Virus genome (UHGV): UHGV-1364187
DNA length: 64,000 bases
Source: a virus
Strand: one strand, 5' to 3'
Shown in pieces: positions 38,364-49,549 of the stretch. The position numbers and the translations under genes were made by a program. Within the stretch, counting starts at the first letter, position 1. Each line of letters opens with the position of its first letter. The notes under the pieces were generated by a model. That model made no database searches and had not been told where the DNA came from. It saw nothing but the letters and a program-made list of their open reading frames with translations.

Positions 38364-40727
38364 ATGGCAACTAGAATTATATCAGTTCCAGCTAGTGAAC
38401 AATTCGAAAACGATACTATTGATTATATGATTGAAGTTAATAGAAAGAGACAGATACCATCAAGTAGAGATGGATTAAAATTTGTTCAAAGAAGAATACT
38501 AGATACTATGACAAGATTTTTAAATTGCTTCAATAAGACTGTAAAAAGCCAATCTATTGTAGGTAGAACAATGGAAATATCCCACCCTCATGGTGGTGGG
38601 GTATATGAAGCAATGAAACCATTAACAAACTGGTTTGAAGAACTTCATCCGCTTATTACAAAACAAGGATCTTTTGGTACAAAATATGGAGACCCTGCAG
38701 CTGCACCACGTTATACGGAAGCAAAAATTTCACAATTTGCAAAAGAAGCGTTAGGTCTATATGACTTAAAAGATTTTGAAAGTATAACAGATTGGTTAAC
38801 GACATATAATAATGATAATGTTGAACCAGAATATTTTCCAGCAGCAATTCCATTATTATTGATCGAAGGGTGTTTTGGTATTGGTATGGGGTTAAAAACA
38901 GAATTACCACCGCATAATTTAGTGGAGGTAATAGATGCAACATTAACTCTGCTTCATAATCCAGATGCAAAAATTATGCTTATACCAGATCAATGTATGC
39001 CATGTTATGTTTTTGATACAGACTTTCAACTTATTTCAAATAAAGGACATGGTTCTGTAACTTTTAGAGGAATAGTTGATATTGAAAAGAGAAATGGAAG
39101 AGATGCATTGATTATTAAATCAGCACCAGATATGGTATATATAAATACTGTTCATGATAAAATTGAAGAATTGGCAGAAGCCAAACAAATTCAATTAGCA
39201 GATTGGTATGAAGAAGATGCATGGAATGGTGATGGTGAAAAATATTCATGGTATGTATGTGAATTAAAGAAAGGTGCAGACCCATATTATACAAGAGATA
39301 TCTTATATAAGAAAACAGAATTAGAACATACTGTTGCTATTTCTTTTGAATCTCTTGATGATGAATATAAACCAGTAAGATATTCTTATAAATCTTATTT
39401 ACAAACATTTATTCAGTTTAGAATGCTTACTAAGTTTAGAGTAATATATTCTAAATTACAATGGTCTCTAACAAGACAACATCAAATAGAAGCATTTATT
39501 AAAGCTATGACATCTGGTCAAATTGATGAGATTATTCATAGAGTAAGACAATCTACTACAAAGAATGATGTAGAGCTTATTGAATATCTTATTCAGCTTC
39601 TAGATATTACAGATTTGCAAGCTAAGTTTATTATTGATGCTAATATCAAGAAACTTAGTCCAGTATATTTACAAGGATATCAAGAAGAATATGCTTCTTT
39701 ACAAGCAGATATTGATAAATATATGTCTGTAGTAGAAAGTGATGATTTGATACTAAGTGAAATTGAACAAGAGTTAATTCAGTTCAAGAATAAGTATGGT
39801 AAACCTAGAAATACTATTGTCATTGATGCTCAAACGGATACAATTCCAAAAGGAGAATTTAAGATTATCATTACACAAAATAACTTCATTAAGAAACTTC
39901 CACTTAATATGAATGGAGTAGGAAGTCTTAAGGGTGATAAGATTAAAACTATAATCAAAGTAGAAAATGATAAAGATATCTTATTATTCGATGAAATTGG
40001 TAAGGTATACAGATTACCAGTACACAAAATTCCAGTATCAGATAAATCTACTAACGGAACGGATGTTAGATTACTATGTAAGAATCTTACGTCAAATATT
40101 GTGACTGTTATGTATACACCAAAAGTACAAGAACTGGCACAATCTGTAGAGCCATATTATCTTACTGCAGTTACAGCAAATGGTAATATTAAGAAACTTG
40201 AACTTCAAGATTTAATTAGTGTACCATTAAGTGGTATCATCTTCTTTAAACTAGATAGTGATGCTATCAGAGATGTAAAGATTGTTCATGATAGACTAGA
40301 CATAGTAGTATATTCATCTGGAGAAGCATTAAGAATTCCAATGAGTGAAATTCCATTACAGAAGAGAAATACAAAAGGTGTTAAGTCTATGAATAACACA
40401 TCTGTTATTGATGGATTTGGAATTGTAACTCCAGATACAACTAATGTATTAGTCATCACTAATAGTGGTAAGATTAACAAACTTAGTATTGTTGCATTAC
40501 CACAAAGTGAACGTAATAAGAAGAGTACTAGAATTATTAAACTTAAACAAGGAGATAGTATTTTCAATGTACATATGTGCAATGATCATAATGTACTTCA
40601 CGTAAATACAACAAATGATAAATTTGATATTCCAGTACAAGATATACCAGATGGAAGTAGTATTTCTGGTGGTAAGAATATGATTTCTCTTAAAGGAGAT
40701 ATTCTTATCAGAACAAGTATTAGATAA
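38364..40727 (+). CDS. type II DNA topoisomerase, DNA-cleavage subunit (GyrA/T4 gp52-like)
   Basis: IPSSRDGLKFVQRRIL matches GyrA IPDVRDGLKPVHRRIL. AAAPRYTEAKIS matches AAMRYTE. Confidence 0.8.
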   Translation: MATRIISVPASEQFENDTIDYMIEVNRKRQIPSSRDGLKFVQRRILDTMTRFLNCFNKTVKSQSIVGRTMEISHPHGGGVYEAMKPLTNWFEELHPLITKQGSFGTKYGDPAAAPRYTEAKISQFAKEALGLYDLKDFESITDWLTTYNNDNVEPEYFPAAIPLLLIEGCFGIGMGLKTELPPHNLVEVIDATLTLLHNPDAKIMLIPDQCMPCYVFDTDFQLISNKGHGSVTFRGIVDIEKRNGRDALIIKSAPDMVYINTVHDKIEELAEAKQIQLADWYEEDAWNGDGEKYSWYVCELKKGADPYYTRDILYKKTELEHTVAISFESLDDEYKPVRYSYKSYLQTFIQFRMLTKFRVIYSKLQWSLTRQHQIEAFIKAMTSGQIDEIIHRVRQSTTKNDVELIEYLIQLLDITDLQAKFIIDANIKKLSPVYLQGYQEEYASLQADIDKYMSVVESDDLILSEIEQELIQFKNKYGKPRNTIVIDAQTDTIPKGEFKIIITQNNFIKKLPLNMNGVGSLKGDKIKTIIKVENDKDILLFDEIGKVYRLPVHKIPVSDKSTNGTDVRLLCKNLTSNIVTVMYTPKVQELAQSVEPYYLTAVTANGNIKKLELQDLISVPLSGIIFFKLDSDAIRDVKIVHDRLDIVVYSSGEALRIPMSEIPLQKRNTKGVKSMNNTSVIDGFGIVTPDTTNVLVITNSGKINKLSIVALPQSERNKKSTRIIKLKQGDSIFNVHMCNDHNVLHVNTTNDKFDIPVQDIPDGSSISGGKNMISLKGDILIRTSIR

Positions 40728-40733
40728 AACATA

Positions 40734-40769
40734 AACAGGAATGGATAACCCATTCCTGTTTTATTTTTT
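40734..40769 (+). terminator. rho-independent terminator
   Basis: 11-bp stem aacaggaatgg/ccattcctgtt, then ttttatttttt. Confidence 0.8.
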
Positions 40770-40810
40770 GCCTGAAACATATAAATAATGACGAAAGGAG
40801 AGTGATAGAA

Positions 40811-41359
40811 GTGGCAAGAGATAAGATTACTATTAATGAATTGTCAGACTATTTGAAACAGAAAATAGAATCATCATCTACTTCTACAAATAATAGTTAT
40901 AGTAAATCTGAAATTGACACAAAGATAGATGAAGTTAAAGAAATGATTCAAAATATTACAGTAGACCCATCACAAATAGATCTTAGTAATTATTATACTA
41001 AAAGTGAAGCTGAAGTATTTGTAAGTAAACTCATATCTACAGCTATTGTAGAGCATAATACAGATACGAAATCTCATAATGGTATTAGTACAAAAGTTTC
41101 AGATATTACGAAGATGCTAAGTAATTTATCTATATCTACTAGAGCATATAAACTTGATGTAACACAAGATATGCAAACTGAGTTTACTATATCTGATACA
41201 TCATTTACACCTGGAATTAATATTGGAAGTATTGTAGTATGGAATACTATAGTATTAACAGATTATACTATAAATGGAAGAATATTAACATTCTCTAGCG
41301 GTATCAATTTAGGATCTAATCTTACATTAGTAGTATTCTCTATAGAAGGAGTGATTTAA
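40811..41359 (+). CDS. tail-fibre-family protein (short member)
   Basis: The YSKSEIDTKIDEV motif is shared with the fibre paralogues. GTG start after AAAGGAG. The ORF opens at 40802. Confidence 0.5.
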   Translation: MARDKITINELSDYLKQKIESSSTSTNNSYSKSEIDTKIDEVKEMIQNITVDPSQIDLSNYYTKSEAEVFVSKLISTAIVEHNTDTKSHNGISTKVSDITKMLSNLSISTRAYKLDVTQDMQTEFTISDTSFTPGINIGSIVVWNTIVLTDYTINGRILTFSSGINLGSNLTLVVFSIEGVI

Positions 41360-41360
41360 A

Positions 41361-41771
41361 ATGACACCAGAGAAAACATCATCTATGACTGAATTTATAT
41401 CTGTGGGAAGTATAGAAAAAATGACTTTCCAGAATAGTATTATATTAGCACAAGCTTCAGAGTCCACTGTACAATACGGAATACATAGTATAATAGATGA
41501 CTATCTTGATGAAATACTTGAAGAATGTGTTGTATTACAACTAACTAATACAGAGATGATGACATATAAATACAAACCTTGGTTGTTATCTTATCATATA
41601 TACAATACTACAGATTTAGATTTTCTTATATTACGTCTTAATAATATGATTTCCCCAAAAGATTTTACTAAGAATAAACTTACTGTTATAAAACCTAGTG
41701 GTTTAGAGTTAATCAATAAAATATATAATGCGGAGAAAAAATATATAAGAGCAAATAGAAATACTTTATAA
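41361..41771 (+). CDS. hypothetical protein (tail module)
   Basis: 136-aa ORF. Confidence 0.5.
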   Translation: MTPEKTSSMTEFISVGSIEKMTFQNSIILAQASESTVQYGIHSIIDDYLDEILEECVVLQLTNTEMMTYKYKPWLLSYHIYNTTDLDFLILRLNNMISPKDFTKNKLTVIKPSGLELINKIYNAEKKYIRANRNTL

Positions 41772-41774
41772 AAA

Positions 41775-41820
41775 TTATATACGTCTACAATTTTTACACC
41801 GTAGACGTATATAATTTAAC
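41775..41820 (+). terminator. terminator hairpin
   Basis: 14-bp stem ttatatacgtctac/gtagacgtatataa. Confidence 0.5.
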
Positions 41821-41866
41821 ATCTATATAAATTTTATATTACTTTAGAAAAGGAGGTTAGAATGTA

Positions 41867-42622
41867 ATGAATGGTCAAATTCAGAAGTTTAATCTATCCA
41901 AAGAATTAGCAGATGAAATAGATTCAAAAGTTTCATCTAATGATATTTATACAAAAACAGAAACTGATACATTACTAGATAATAAAGCTAATTCTAGTGA
42001 TGTGTATACTAAAACTGAAGTTGATTCACTTATATCAACGTCTAGTGGATCATATACAAAAAAAGAAATAGATGATAAATTTGGTAATTTATGCTGGAAA
42101 GATCCAGTTACAGATTTTTCTAATTTATCTTCATTCTATCCATCTCCGAAATCAGGATGGGTAGTTCCAGTAATTAATGATAATATGATTTATAGATATG
42201 ATGGTTCTGCTTGGGTAGCATTAATTAAAGACGCTTCAACATTATCAAGTGGATTACTATCTACTACATTATATGAAAAACTGTCTGAAGATTATACTAA
42301 AGATGAAATAGATGATCTTATAGCAAATATATCTTTGACAGATTATTACACAAAAACACAAACAGATACATTGCTAGATAATAAAGCTAATTCTAGTGAT
42401 GTGTATACTAAAACACAAGTTGATAATCTATTATCTAATAATTCTAGTAATGATGCTGAATTAGTAAATGAAATTCTGGCTTCTAAATTAAAATATAATA
42501 GATTATTCAATTTAGATGCAGAAATTACATCATCATATATAATAGATACTTTAAAATATGATTCAAAAATATCAGATTACAACGGTTGTTCTTTCAATTC
42601 AGATTTAGGAACAATTGAGTAA
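41867..42622 (+). CDS. tail-fibre protein with repeated YTKTEVD motifs
   Basis: IYTKTETDTLLDNKANSSDVYTKTEVDSL occurs twice in the protein, and a 55-nt direct repeat encodes it. Confidence 0.6.
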   Translation: MNGQIQKFNLSKELADEIDSKVSSNDIYTKTETDTLLDNKANSSDVYTKTEVDSLISTSSGSYTKKEIDDKFGNLCWKDPVTDFSNLSSFYPSPKSGWVVPVINDNMIYRYDGSAWVALIKDASTLSSGLLSTTLYEKLSEDYTKDEIDDLIANISLTDYYTKTQTDTLLDNKANSSDVYTKTQVDNLLSNNSSNDAELVNEILASKLKYNRLFNLDAEITSSYIIDTLKYDSKISDYNGCSFNSDLGTIE

Positions 42623-42649
42623 ATAAAATAAAAAAGGAGGTATAATATC

Positions 42650-43108
42650 ATGGGATATACATCTACAATGGGTGATATTATTAAAGCCGAAGATATCAAA
42701 AAAGAAATACCTATTTATTACAGTAAAAAAGATTTAGATGAAATCCTTGGTAATTATATGAGTAATGTAGATAAAACTATTGATACAAAACTCAATAAAT
42801 TATTAGAGGATATGATTAATAATGGTGGTACTATCAGTATGACTAATTATTATACTAAAGATCAAGTACAAGATATTATCAAGTCAATGAAACCACAAAC
42901 AACAATTCATACATTAAATGTTGCGACAGATAAACAAACGGTGTTTAGTATTCCTAATATTAATGCACCAATTGCAACTTTCTTAATCTTTAATACTACA
43001 GTCAGAACTGACTATACTATTACTGGATCAACTCTAACTACTTTATTTGATGTACCATTAGGTTCACAATTATCGTTAGTAGTTGTTAATTTAGAATACA
43101 CATTCTAA
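42650..43108 (+). CDS. tail-fibre-family protein
   Basis: YYTKDQVQDII motif. C-terminus similar to 40811-41359. Confidence 0.5.
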   Translation: MGYTSTMGDIIKAEDIKKEIPIYYSKKDLDEILGNYMSNVDKTIDTKLNKLLEDMINNGGTISMTNYYTKDQVQDIIKSMKPQTTIHTLNVATDKQTVFSIPNINAPIATFLIFNTTVRTDYTITGSTLTTLFDVPLGSQLSLVVVNLEYTF

Positions 43109-43130
43109 TTAGGAAAGGAGGTGAAATATT

Positions 43131-43886
43131 ATGGCAGATAAAGGAATTACAAGAGCCAATTTATCACCAGAATTACTTGCAGAATTAGATAATATTGTTG
43201 GAGGACAATGTATTATTCCACAAAATTCTCCACCAACAACAATTCAATTTGGTGGGATTGCACCTGGAACTGATTTAAGTGGTAAAACTGTAGTAGAAAC
43301 ACTTCTACTTGCAACTAATCCATATCAGAAACCAGAGATCACACAATTCTCAACAACGAAAACGTTATATGAAGCTGGAACAACTATTACTTCTATTGAC
43401 TTAACTATTAAAGTTACTAAAAAGTCAGATGCTATCACAAATATTTCATTATATGATGGGTCTACATTAGTAACAACTTTCTCTAATGTGTCTAATGGTG
43501 GTACATTTACTTATACTTATAGAAGTACTATTAATGCTAATAAAACATTAAAAGTTACTGCTACTGATGGTAAAGAAACTGTATCTAAACAATTAGCTAT
43601 TTCATTTATCAATCCAATGTATGTTGGTACTGTTAATGGAACTATTAATAAAGTTTTACAAGCTAAAGGAACATATACATTTAGCAATATTACTTGTACA
43701 AATGATCAAGTAGTATTTAAATATGATGCATCATATGGTAATTTAGCATCAATTAAAGACTCTAACAACTTTGAAAACATTGGTGCATTTACAAAAACAA
43801 CGGAAGTTATTAGTGGAGTTACATATAATGTCTACACAAGTGGAAGTGCAACTCTATCTAACTTCAAATATATATTTAGTTTCTAA
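43131..43886 (+). CDS. tail-fibre/Ig-like protein
   Basis: The N-terminus MADKGITRANLSPELLAELD is paralogous to 55638-56552. Confidence 0.5.
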   Translation: MADKGITRANLSPELLAELDNIVGGQCIIPQNSPPTTIQFGGIAPGTDLSGKTVVETLLLATNPYQKPEITQFSTTKTLYEAGTTITSIDLTIKVTKKSDAITNISLYDGSTLVTTFSNVSNGGTFTYTYRSTINANKTLKVTATDGKETVSKQLAISFINPMYVGTVNGTINKVLQAKGTYTFSNITCTNDQVVFKYDASYGNLASIKDSNNFENIGAFTKTTEVISGVTYNVYTSGSATLSNFKYIFSF

Positions 43887-43904
43887 AGAAAGGAGTGAAA
43901 TACT

Positions 43905-45026
43905 ATGAAGGGAGCTAAAGGTATGCAGATTGGTGCTCCTTTCTCTCTACGTTCAACTGCTAGTTTGGACGATAGAGAAGAATTTGACACCTTACAAGAC
44001 ATGCTTGATTTTCCAGAAACTTCATTACCACCTTTAATTACTTCCACTATTAAAGCTACTGGTGAAATCTATACATATTGTGTATACAATACACCTAATG
44101 TAGATAGACCAGAGTTAAATAAGTGGCGTGAAGGTGGTTTAGGTGGAAGCTCTAGTAATACTTATACTAAAGCCGAACTGGATGCTATTCTAGGAAAAGA
44201 TCCATCCAGTGGTCAAATTGGAACTAATATTACAGAATTAGAAAATACTATTGGAGAAGATGCTGTTATTGATGACAGTGATCCAGATAATCCTGTAATT
44301 GTTACACCAGCAACAGGTATTAAAAAAGATATTGATGATCTAAAAGAACAAGTTAAGAATGCTTCTGGTGCAAGCGATGCAGAAAAAGTCACATATGATA
44401 ATACATATGGATATACTTCTGTAGAAGATGCACTTAATGATATTCTAGATAAAATTAACTATGTTAAACCAACAATTACATCATTATCTATTACACCTAG
44501 TGCAACCGAATATGAAATTGGTAAATCTGTTCCAAGTGTTCAATTCGATTGGGCTTTGAATAAAGATGTTACCAGTCAATCTTTAACAGATTGTACTGTA
44601 ACTATAACTGATAGAACAGCAACATATTCTACCCCACTAACTTCAACAAAAACATTCACTCTTACTGTTAGTGATGGTAAAAATTCTGCTAGTTCATCAA
44701 AAACAATTAGCTTCTTACCTAAAATTTATTGGGGTGGAGCTGAACAACCAGCAAGCTATGATGATGCTTTTGTATTAGGTCTTTCTAATAGTAAATTAGC
44801 ATCAAAATTGACTGGAACTTACACAGTCGATGCCAGTGGCACGAAGTACGGGTATCTAGTAGTACCAGCGTCACTTGGTAAACCAGCAGTACAAATTAGT
44901 GGGTTCGATACAGACCTTGACTTAGTTGCTACATTTGATCATACTAATGCTAGTGGACACAAACAGTCTTATAATGTGTATCAAGCATATCAAGGCTTAG
45001 GGGTCTTTGATATGGAAGTGAAATAA
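43905..45026 (+). CDS. tail fibre/receptor-binding protein, tandem paralogue A
   Basis: Shares DAVIDDSDPDNPV...PATGIKKDI-x-DLK and ATFDHTNASG..QSYNV with 45051-46109. Confidence 0.6.
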   Translation: MKGAKGMQIGAPFSLRSTASLDDREEFDTLQDMLDFPETSLPPLITSTIKATGEIYTYCVYNTPNVDRPELNKWREGGLGGSSSNTYTKAELDAILGKDPSSGQIGTNITELENTIGEDAVIDDSDPDNPVIVTPATGIKKDIDDLKEQVKNASGASDAEKVTYDNTYGYTSVEDALNDILDKINYVKPTITSLSITPSATEYEIGKSVPSVQFDWALNKDVTSQSLTDCTVTITDRTATYSTPLTSTKTFTLTVSDGKNSASSSKTISFLPKIYWGGAEQPASYDDAFVLGLSNSKLASKLTGTYTVDASGTKYGYLVVPASLGKPAVQISGFDTDLDLVATFDHTNASGHKQSYNVYQAYQGLGVFDMEVK

Positions 45027-45050
45027 TATTAAAAAGGGAGAGTGGTATTT

Positions 45051-46109
45051 ATGGCAGCAGTTAGAGTTGCAGCAAAAATCAAACAATTAAACGATGCATC
45101 CTTCTTCTTAATGGATGCAAAAGATATTGAAACTAAAGGTGGAACCGACCTACAAACATTCCTTGATGATTTATCTGGTGGGGCAGTTGAAGACATTGAA
45201 GAACTCAAAACTTTAGTTGGTAAAAAAGCGTATACAGATAATACAGTTCCAGATAGTCCTGTTGATGTTCCTTCAACAGGTATGGTAAAAGATGTAGAAG
45301 ATATTCAAGCTACGATTGGTGTTGATGCTGTTATTGATGATAGTGACCCAGATAATCCTGTAGAAACTTCACCAGCAACAGGTATCAAAAAGGATATCGC
45401 TGATCTTAAGAAAGCTATGGATACTAATGTTTGTGATGTAGACAAAATTCTTTATACTCAAGCAGATTTTCCTACTATTGCAACAGTAAAAGATGCTTTA
45501 GATCAATTATTTGAAGATCTCTATTACTTAGCTCCAGAAATCACATCATTTACTACTACACCAACTTCATTAACATTCGAAATTGGTTCTACAGTAAATA
45601 CTATCGATTTCACATGGGCACTTAATAAAGAAGTAACTAGTGTTACATTGACAGATTGTACAATTGCTGATCCAGCAGATACAACTGCTCAATATGCTAC
45701 TCCATTAACAACAGATAAAGAATTCGTTCTTACTGTTACTGATGGAAAAGAAACAGCTACTGCTAAGAAGAATGTTAAATTCTTACCATATGTATATTAT
45801 GGAAAAGCTGCAGCTCCAGATGGGGTTACAACAAACTATGATGATACATTCGTATTAGGTTTACCACAAAAAGCATTTAAATCAAATGCTAAAGGTAGTT
45901 ATGATATGACTTTAGGTGTAGATGAATTTGGATATTTAGCACTTCCAGCTTCATTTGGAACACCAAAAGTTAAAATCGGTGGATTTGATACAGAATTAGA
46001 TTTAGCTGCTACATTTGATCATACAAATGCTAGTGGATATCAACAATCTTATAATGTATTCAAAACAGGTAATGCTAACTTAGGTGCAATCTCTATGGTT
46101 GTCGAATAA
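45051..46109 (+). CDS. tail fibre/receptor-binding protein, tandem paralogue B
   Basis: Paralogue of 43905-45026. ATG at 45051 after AAGGGAG. Confidence 0.6.
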   Translation: MAAVRVAAKIKQLNDASFFLMDAKDIETKGGTDLQTFLDDLSGGAVEDIEELKTLVGKKAYTDNTVPDSPVDVPSTGMVKDVEDIQATIGVDAVIDDSDPDNPVETSPATGIKKDIADLKKAMDTNVCDVDKILYTQADFPTIATVKDALDQLFEDLYYLAPEITSFTTTPTSLTFEIGSTVNTIDFTWALNKEVTSVTLTDCTIADPADTTAQYATPLTTDKEFVLTVTDGKETATAKKNVKFLPYVYYGKAAAPDGVTTNYDDTFVLGLPQKAFKSNAKGSYDMTLGVDEFGYLALPASFGTPKVKIGGFDTELDLAATFDHTNASGYQQSYNVFKTGNANLGAISMVVE

Positions 46110-46138
46110 TAAAAATTATTTTTTGGAGGTGAACAATC

Positions 46139-46354
46139 ATGGCATATGTAAGATTAGCAGATAAAATTAAACAATTAAACAATGCTAACTTCAAACTTGT
46201 AGATTCAGTTGATGTAGAGATGGATGATGGTACTGATCTTCAGACTACGGTTGACGCATTAAAAACTGCATCTGGAAGTATTGAAATGATGTCAACAGAT
46301 GATTGGAACACCTTCTTTGGAGGGCTAACAGTTGATGTTAGCTCTTCCAATTAG
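46139..46354 (+). CDS. truncated N-terminal remnant of the 45051-type paralogue
   Basis: MAYVRLADKIKQLNNANFKLVDSVDVE matches MAAVRVAAKIKQLNDASFFLMDAKDIE. Only 71 aa. Confidence 0.45.
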   Translation: MAYVRLADKIKQLNNANFKLVDSVDVEMDDGTDLQTTVDALKTASGSIEMMSTDDWNTFFGGLTVDVSSSN

Positions 46355-46386
46355 AAGGTGTTTTATTTTAGAAAGGAGTGAATACA

Positions 46387-47748
46387 ATGAGTAAATATGT
46401 GACAGAAGAAGTTCTTAAACAGGCAGCCGAAGATATTATCAGATCATTAGGTAGTCATATTGTAGAATATGAACCTTATACTGACGATGAGATTGCCGAA
46501 CTTTATAATCTTACTCCAGAAGAAGTTCAACAATTAAGCGAATTAATCAGAGATGATATTATTTCTCAATATAAACTTTGGTCTAGTAAAAAAGTTGATA
46601 GCTCTATTACAGATGCTAAATTGGAATGTAATGAATATACTGATAAAATGCTTTCTAATATCAGTAGCATTTCTTTAGAATGGTGTGAAACTTCTCTTCC
46701 AGTTACTGGAGAAACAAACAAGATTTATATATTTCCAAAAACCACTGATGGTAATACTGTAAACACTCTAAATATTTGGAGTACTACTAGTTCTGATTGG
46801 GTCACATTTGGAAATTTAGATATAGATTTTTCTCAATTTTATACTAAAAGTGAAATTGATACTAAACTTGATTTAAAAGCTAATAAAACTGAAGTACTAT
46901 CTCAAGATGGAGTTATTGTAGATAAATCATTAGCAACTACTGCTAATGTATTAAGTGCTACTACTACTGTAGAAGAATTGGATAAAAAGATAGATAAAAC
47001 AAGTATTGTTACGAGTATTACTGATTCTAGTACAGATGAACAGATTTCTACAGCTAAAGCTATTTATAATAGTATTATTAATGGAAAATTAGGATGCTTA
47101 AAATACAATACTGAGTATATGAATTCAGATACATTAAATATTTTTCTACCTAATGCCGGAATGTATAAAATTGGTTCTCCAACTAAAGGTGTCCCAGAGA
47201 ATAATTTACAAGATTATACATTATTTAATATTCCTTGGATGCTTACTGAAAATAATAATTTTGCTACACCTACATTAGAATATGGGTGTCAACTACTATT
47301 TTCACCAAGATTTATAAATAGTTTCTGGTATAGAGTTGTATGGGGATATGATAAAGACACATATACATATACTGAAGGTGATTATTCAGTATTTACAAAA
47401 TGGAGAGTAGTTAATACAACTTCTATAGAAAATATAAATCCAACAACATTAACATATGATACATCTGTTGTTTCAGAAGGAACTATTTCATATGAAGTTA
47501 GAAATGGTATTTGCTACATTTCATTCATATCTGTAAAACTTGCGACTACTGGAACTAATCAAATTATTTCATCAACACTATTACCAAAGCCAAGTCAAGG
47601 ATTTGCAACATTTTCTTTATTTAATGATAGTGTTGATATAAGAGTTGGAACGTTCTTTATTGATGGTTCTGGATATTCTAAAGTACACTGCTTTACTGCA
47701 AATACTGGTGTATGGCAAACATTTTCTTATCCAGTAGCAGAATCTTAA
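46387..47748 (+). CDS. tail fibre protein (family with conserved C-terminus ...TFSYPVAES)
   Basis: FYTKSEIDTKLDLKANKTEV motif. The C-terminus is identical to that of 49550-50839. Confidence 0.6.
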   Translation: MSKYVTEEVLKQAAEDIIRSLGSHIVEYEPYTDDEIAELYNLTPEEVQQLSELIRDDIISQYKLWSSKKVDSSITDAKLECNEYTDKMLSNISSISLEWCETSLPVTGETNKIYIFPKTTDGNTVNTLNIWSTTSSDWVTFGNLDIDFSQFYTKSEIDTKLDLKANKTEVLSQDGVIVDKSLATTANVLSATTTVEELDKKIDKTSIVTSITDSSTDEQISTAKAIYNSIINGKLGCLKYNTEYMNSDTLNIFLPNAGMYKIGSPTKGVPENNLQDYTLFNIPWMLTENNNFATPTLEYGCQLLFSPRFINSFWYRVVWGYDKDTYTYTEGDYSVFTKWRVVNTTSIENINPTTLTYDTSVVSEGTISYEVRNGICYISFISVKLATTGTNQIISSTLLPKPSQGFATFSLFNDSVDIRVGTFFIDGSGYSKVHCFTANTGVWQTFSYPVAES

Positions 47749-47749
47749 A

Positions 47750-47792
47750 ATACTATGATAACCTTAATCGGTTATCATAGTATTATTTTTTA
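47750..47792 (+). terminator. rho-independent terminator
   Basis: 14-bp stem atactatgataacc/ggttatcatagtat, then tattttttt. Confidence 0.8.
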
Positions 47793-47924
47793 TATACTAA
47801 AATACATCTATAGCGTCAAATGTATTATTTTAACACTATAATAAATATAATCAAACTATACTATTACAATTAGTACAGTTTACAATCACATTATATTAAA
47901 TTAAAAAGAAAGGATGTGTATTTT

Positions 47925-49520
47925 ATGGATATCACATTACGTAAAGAAAAAGGTATTACTACGGATAATCTTAAAAAGATTGTTCAGATAGGTATCAATT
48001 TCGGTGAAAAACTTAATACCATAGAAGCAGCATGTATTGAACAATATGATCCAGATACACCTTATGTTGCTGGTAATCACTGTTATTATGACAATTATTT
48101 ACAGGAAGCATTAGCAACAACAAAAGGTGAATGGAATTCATCCAGATGGAAAAAAGTAGGTGATGATCTAAATCCTATTACTAAAGATGATATTGATGCT
48201 TGGCTTGGATTATCACAAGATGAAATTAATACATTATCAAGTATTATCTTAGATAGTGAAGTACGACTAGATAAAACTTATAGTTCTTCAAAAATTTATA
48301 CAGATATACAACAGTGTTTATCAGATTCAAAAACATTTACTTTAGCACAATTTGCTAAAGCAAATAAAGCTTCATACAAAGTGGCTAATTCTTTAGATGA
48401 AATGACAGAAACTAATATCTTATATTTATATAGTGCTAGTGGAGATACTAATTATGATATTTATGCTTTAATAGACGGAACAGCTACACCTATTGGAAGT
48501 ACAACTATCGATCTTAGTAATTATTATACTAAAGATGAAGTAGATGCGGATTTCTTAAAGAAAACTGATGCTGCTTCTACATATGCTACTATTGATAATG
48601 TAAATGGTAAAGCTGATAAAACAGATATTGTTACTCCTAGTAAAACATCAACCACATCACAAATGGCAAATGCTAAAGATGTATTTGATATGCTTTCTGG
48701 AAAACAACCAATTTTAAAACACAATTTATGGGATGAAGATGCTCTTAATAGAACAGATAGAACAGAAGTTGCGTACGGGTATATAGAAACTACAACAGCT
48801 GTATCAATAGGTATAACAGACGCTACAGATTTCTTCCATGTAATATATTTACCTTGGGATATGTCATATCCTACAGAAATTTTAATTACATGCTCTGGAC
48901 AAAGTAGAATGTATTTAAGAAGTTGTTTTAATGGAACATGGAGTAATCCTAAAGAAATATTAACACGGAATAGAGTTATAGAATTAGGAGATTTAGGAAA
49001 CGGTACACGAGGATTAATATATACATGGAAAGGTGATAATGACGAAGGATATTTTGGTTTAGATTTAACAGGTGCAGATGGAACAACAAAAAGAGTTCAA
49101 TTTAATAAAGAAGCATCTAATAATATAATAGAGATGTTTAATCACGACGGTACAAATTGGAATTATCTAGGTAGATGTGCAATGACAAAAGTTAATGATA
49201 TTCCATATACACAATTGCAACTTAGTGGAACTTCTATATTTAGTGAAGGTGTAATTACATACTGTGTAAATAATGGATGGTGTAATTTTACATTTTCTGC
49301 TTTTACAAGTGCTTTAGGTTCATCTGTTGGATTATCAAGTTCTGCATTTCCTGCACCAGTTAATGGACTTATAACAGTACCATTAATAGATGATCTTAGT
49401 GGTACAGTAGTAGGAATGTTCTATATAGATAGTCAGTATGGTTCTATACCTAGATGTCATGTATATAAAGCAGGATTACGTGCATTTGCATCATTGTCAT
49501 ATAAAGTAGAAGAACCTTAA
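47925..49520 (+). CDS. tail fibre protein (paralogue)
   Basis: YYTKDEVDADFLKKTD motif. The upstream leader is duplicated with the one before 49550-50839. Confidence 0.6.
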   Translation: MDITLRKEKGITTDNLKKIVQIGINFGEKLNTIEAACIEQYDPDTPYVAGNHCYYDNYLQEALATTKGEWNSSRWKKVGDDLNPITKDDIDAWLGLSQDEINTLSSIILDSEVRLDKTYSSSKIYTDIQQCLSDSKTFTLAQFAKANKASYKVANSLDEMTETNILYLYSASGDTNYDIYALIDGTATPIGSTTIDLSNYYTKDEVDADFLKKTDAASTYATIDNVNGKADKTDIVTPSKTSTTSQMANAKDVFDMLSGKQPILKHNLWDEDALNRTDRTEVAYGYIETTTAVSIGITDATDFFHVIYLPWDMSYPTEILITCSGQSRMYLRSCFNGTWSNPKEILTRNRVIELGDLGNGTRGLIYTWKGDNDEGYFGLDLTGADGTTKRVQFNKEASNNIIEMFNHDGTNWNYLGRCAMTKVNDIPYTQLQLSGTSIFSEGVITYCVNNGWCNFTFSAFTSALGSSVGLSSSAFPAPVNGLITVPLIDDLSGTVVGMFYIDSQYGSIPRCHVYKAGLRAFASLSYKVEEP

Positions 49521-49549
49521 AATAAATAAAAAGAAAGGATGTGTTTTAG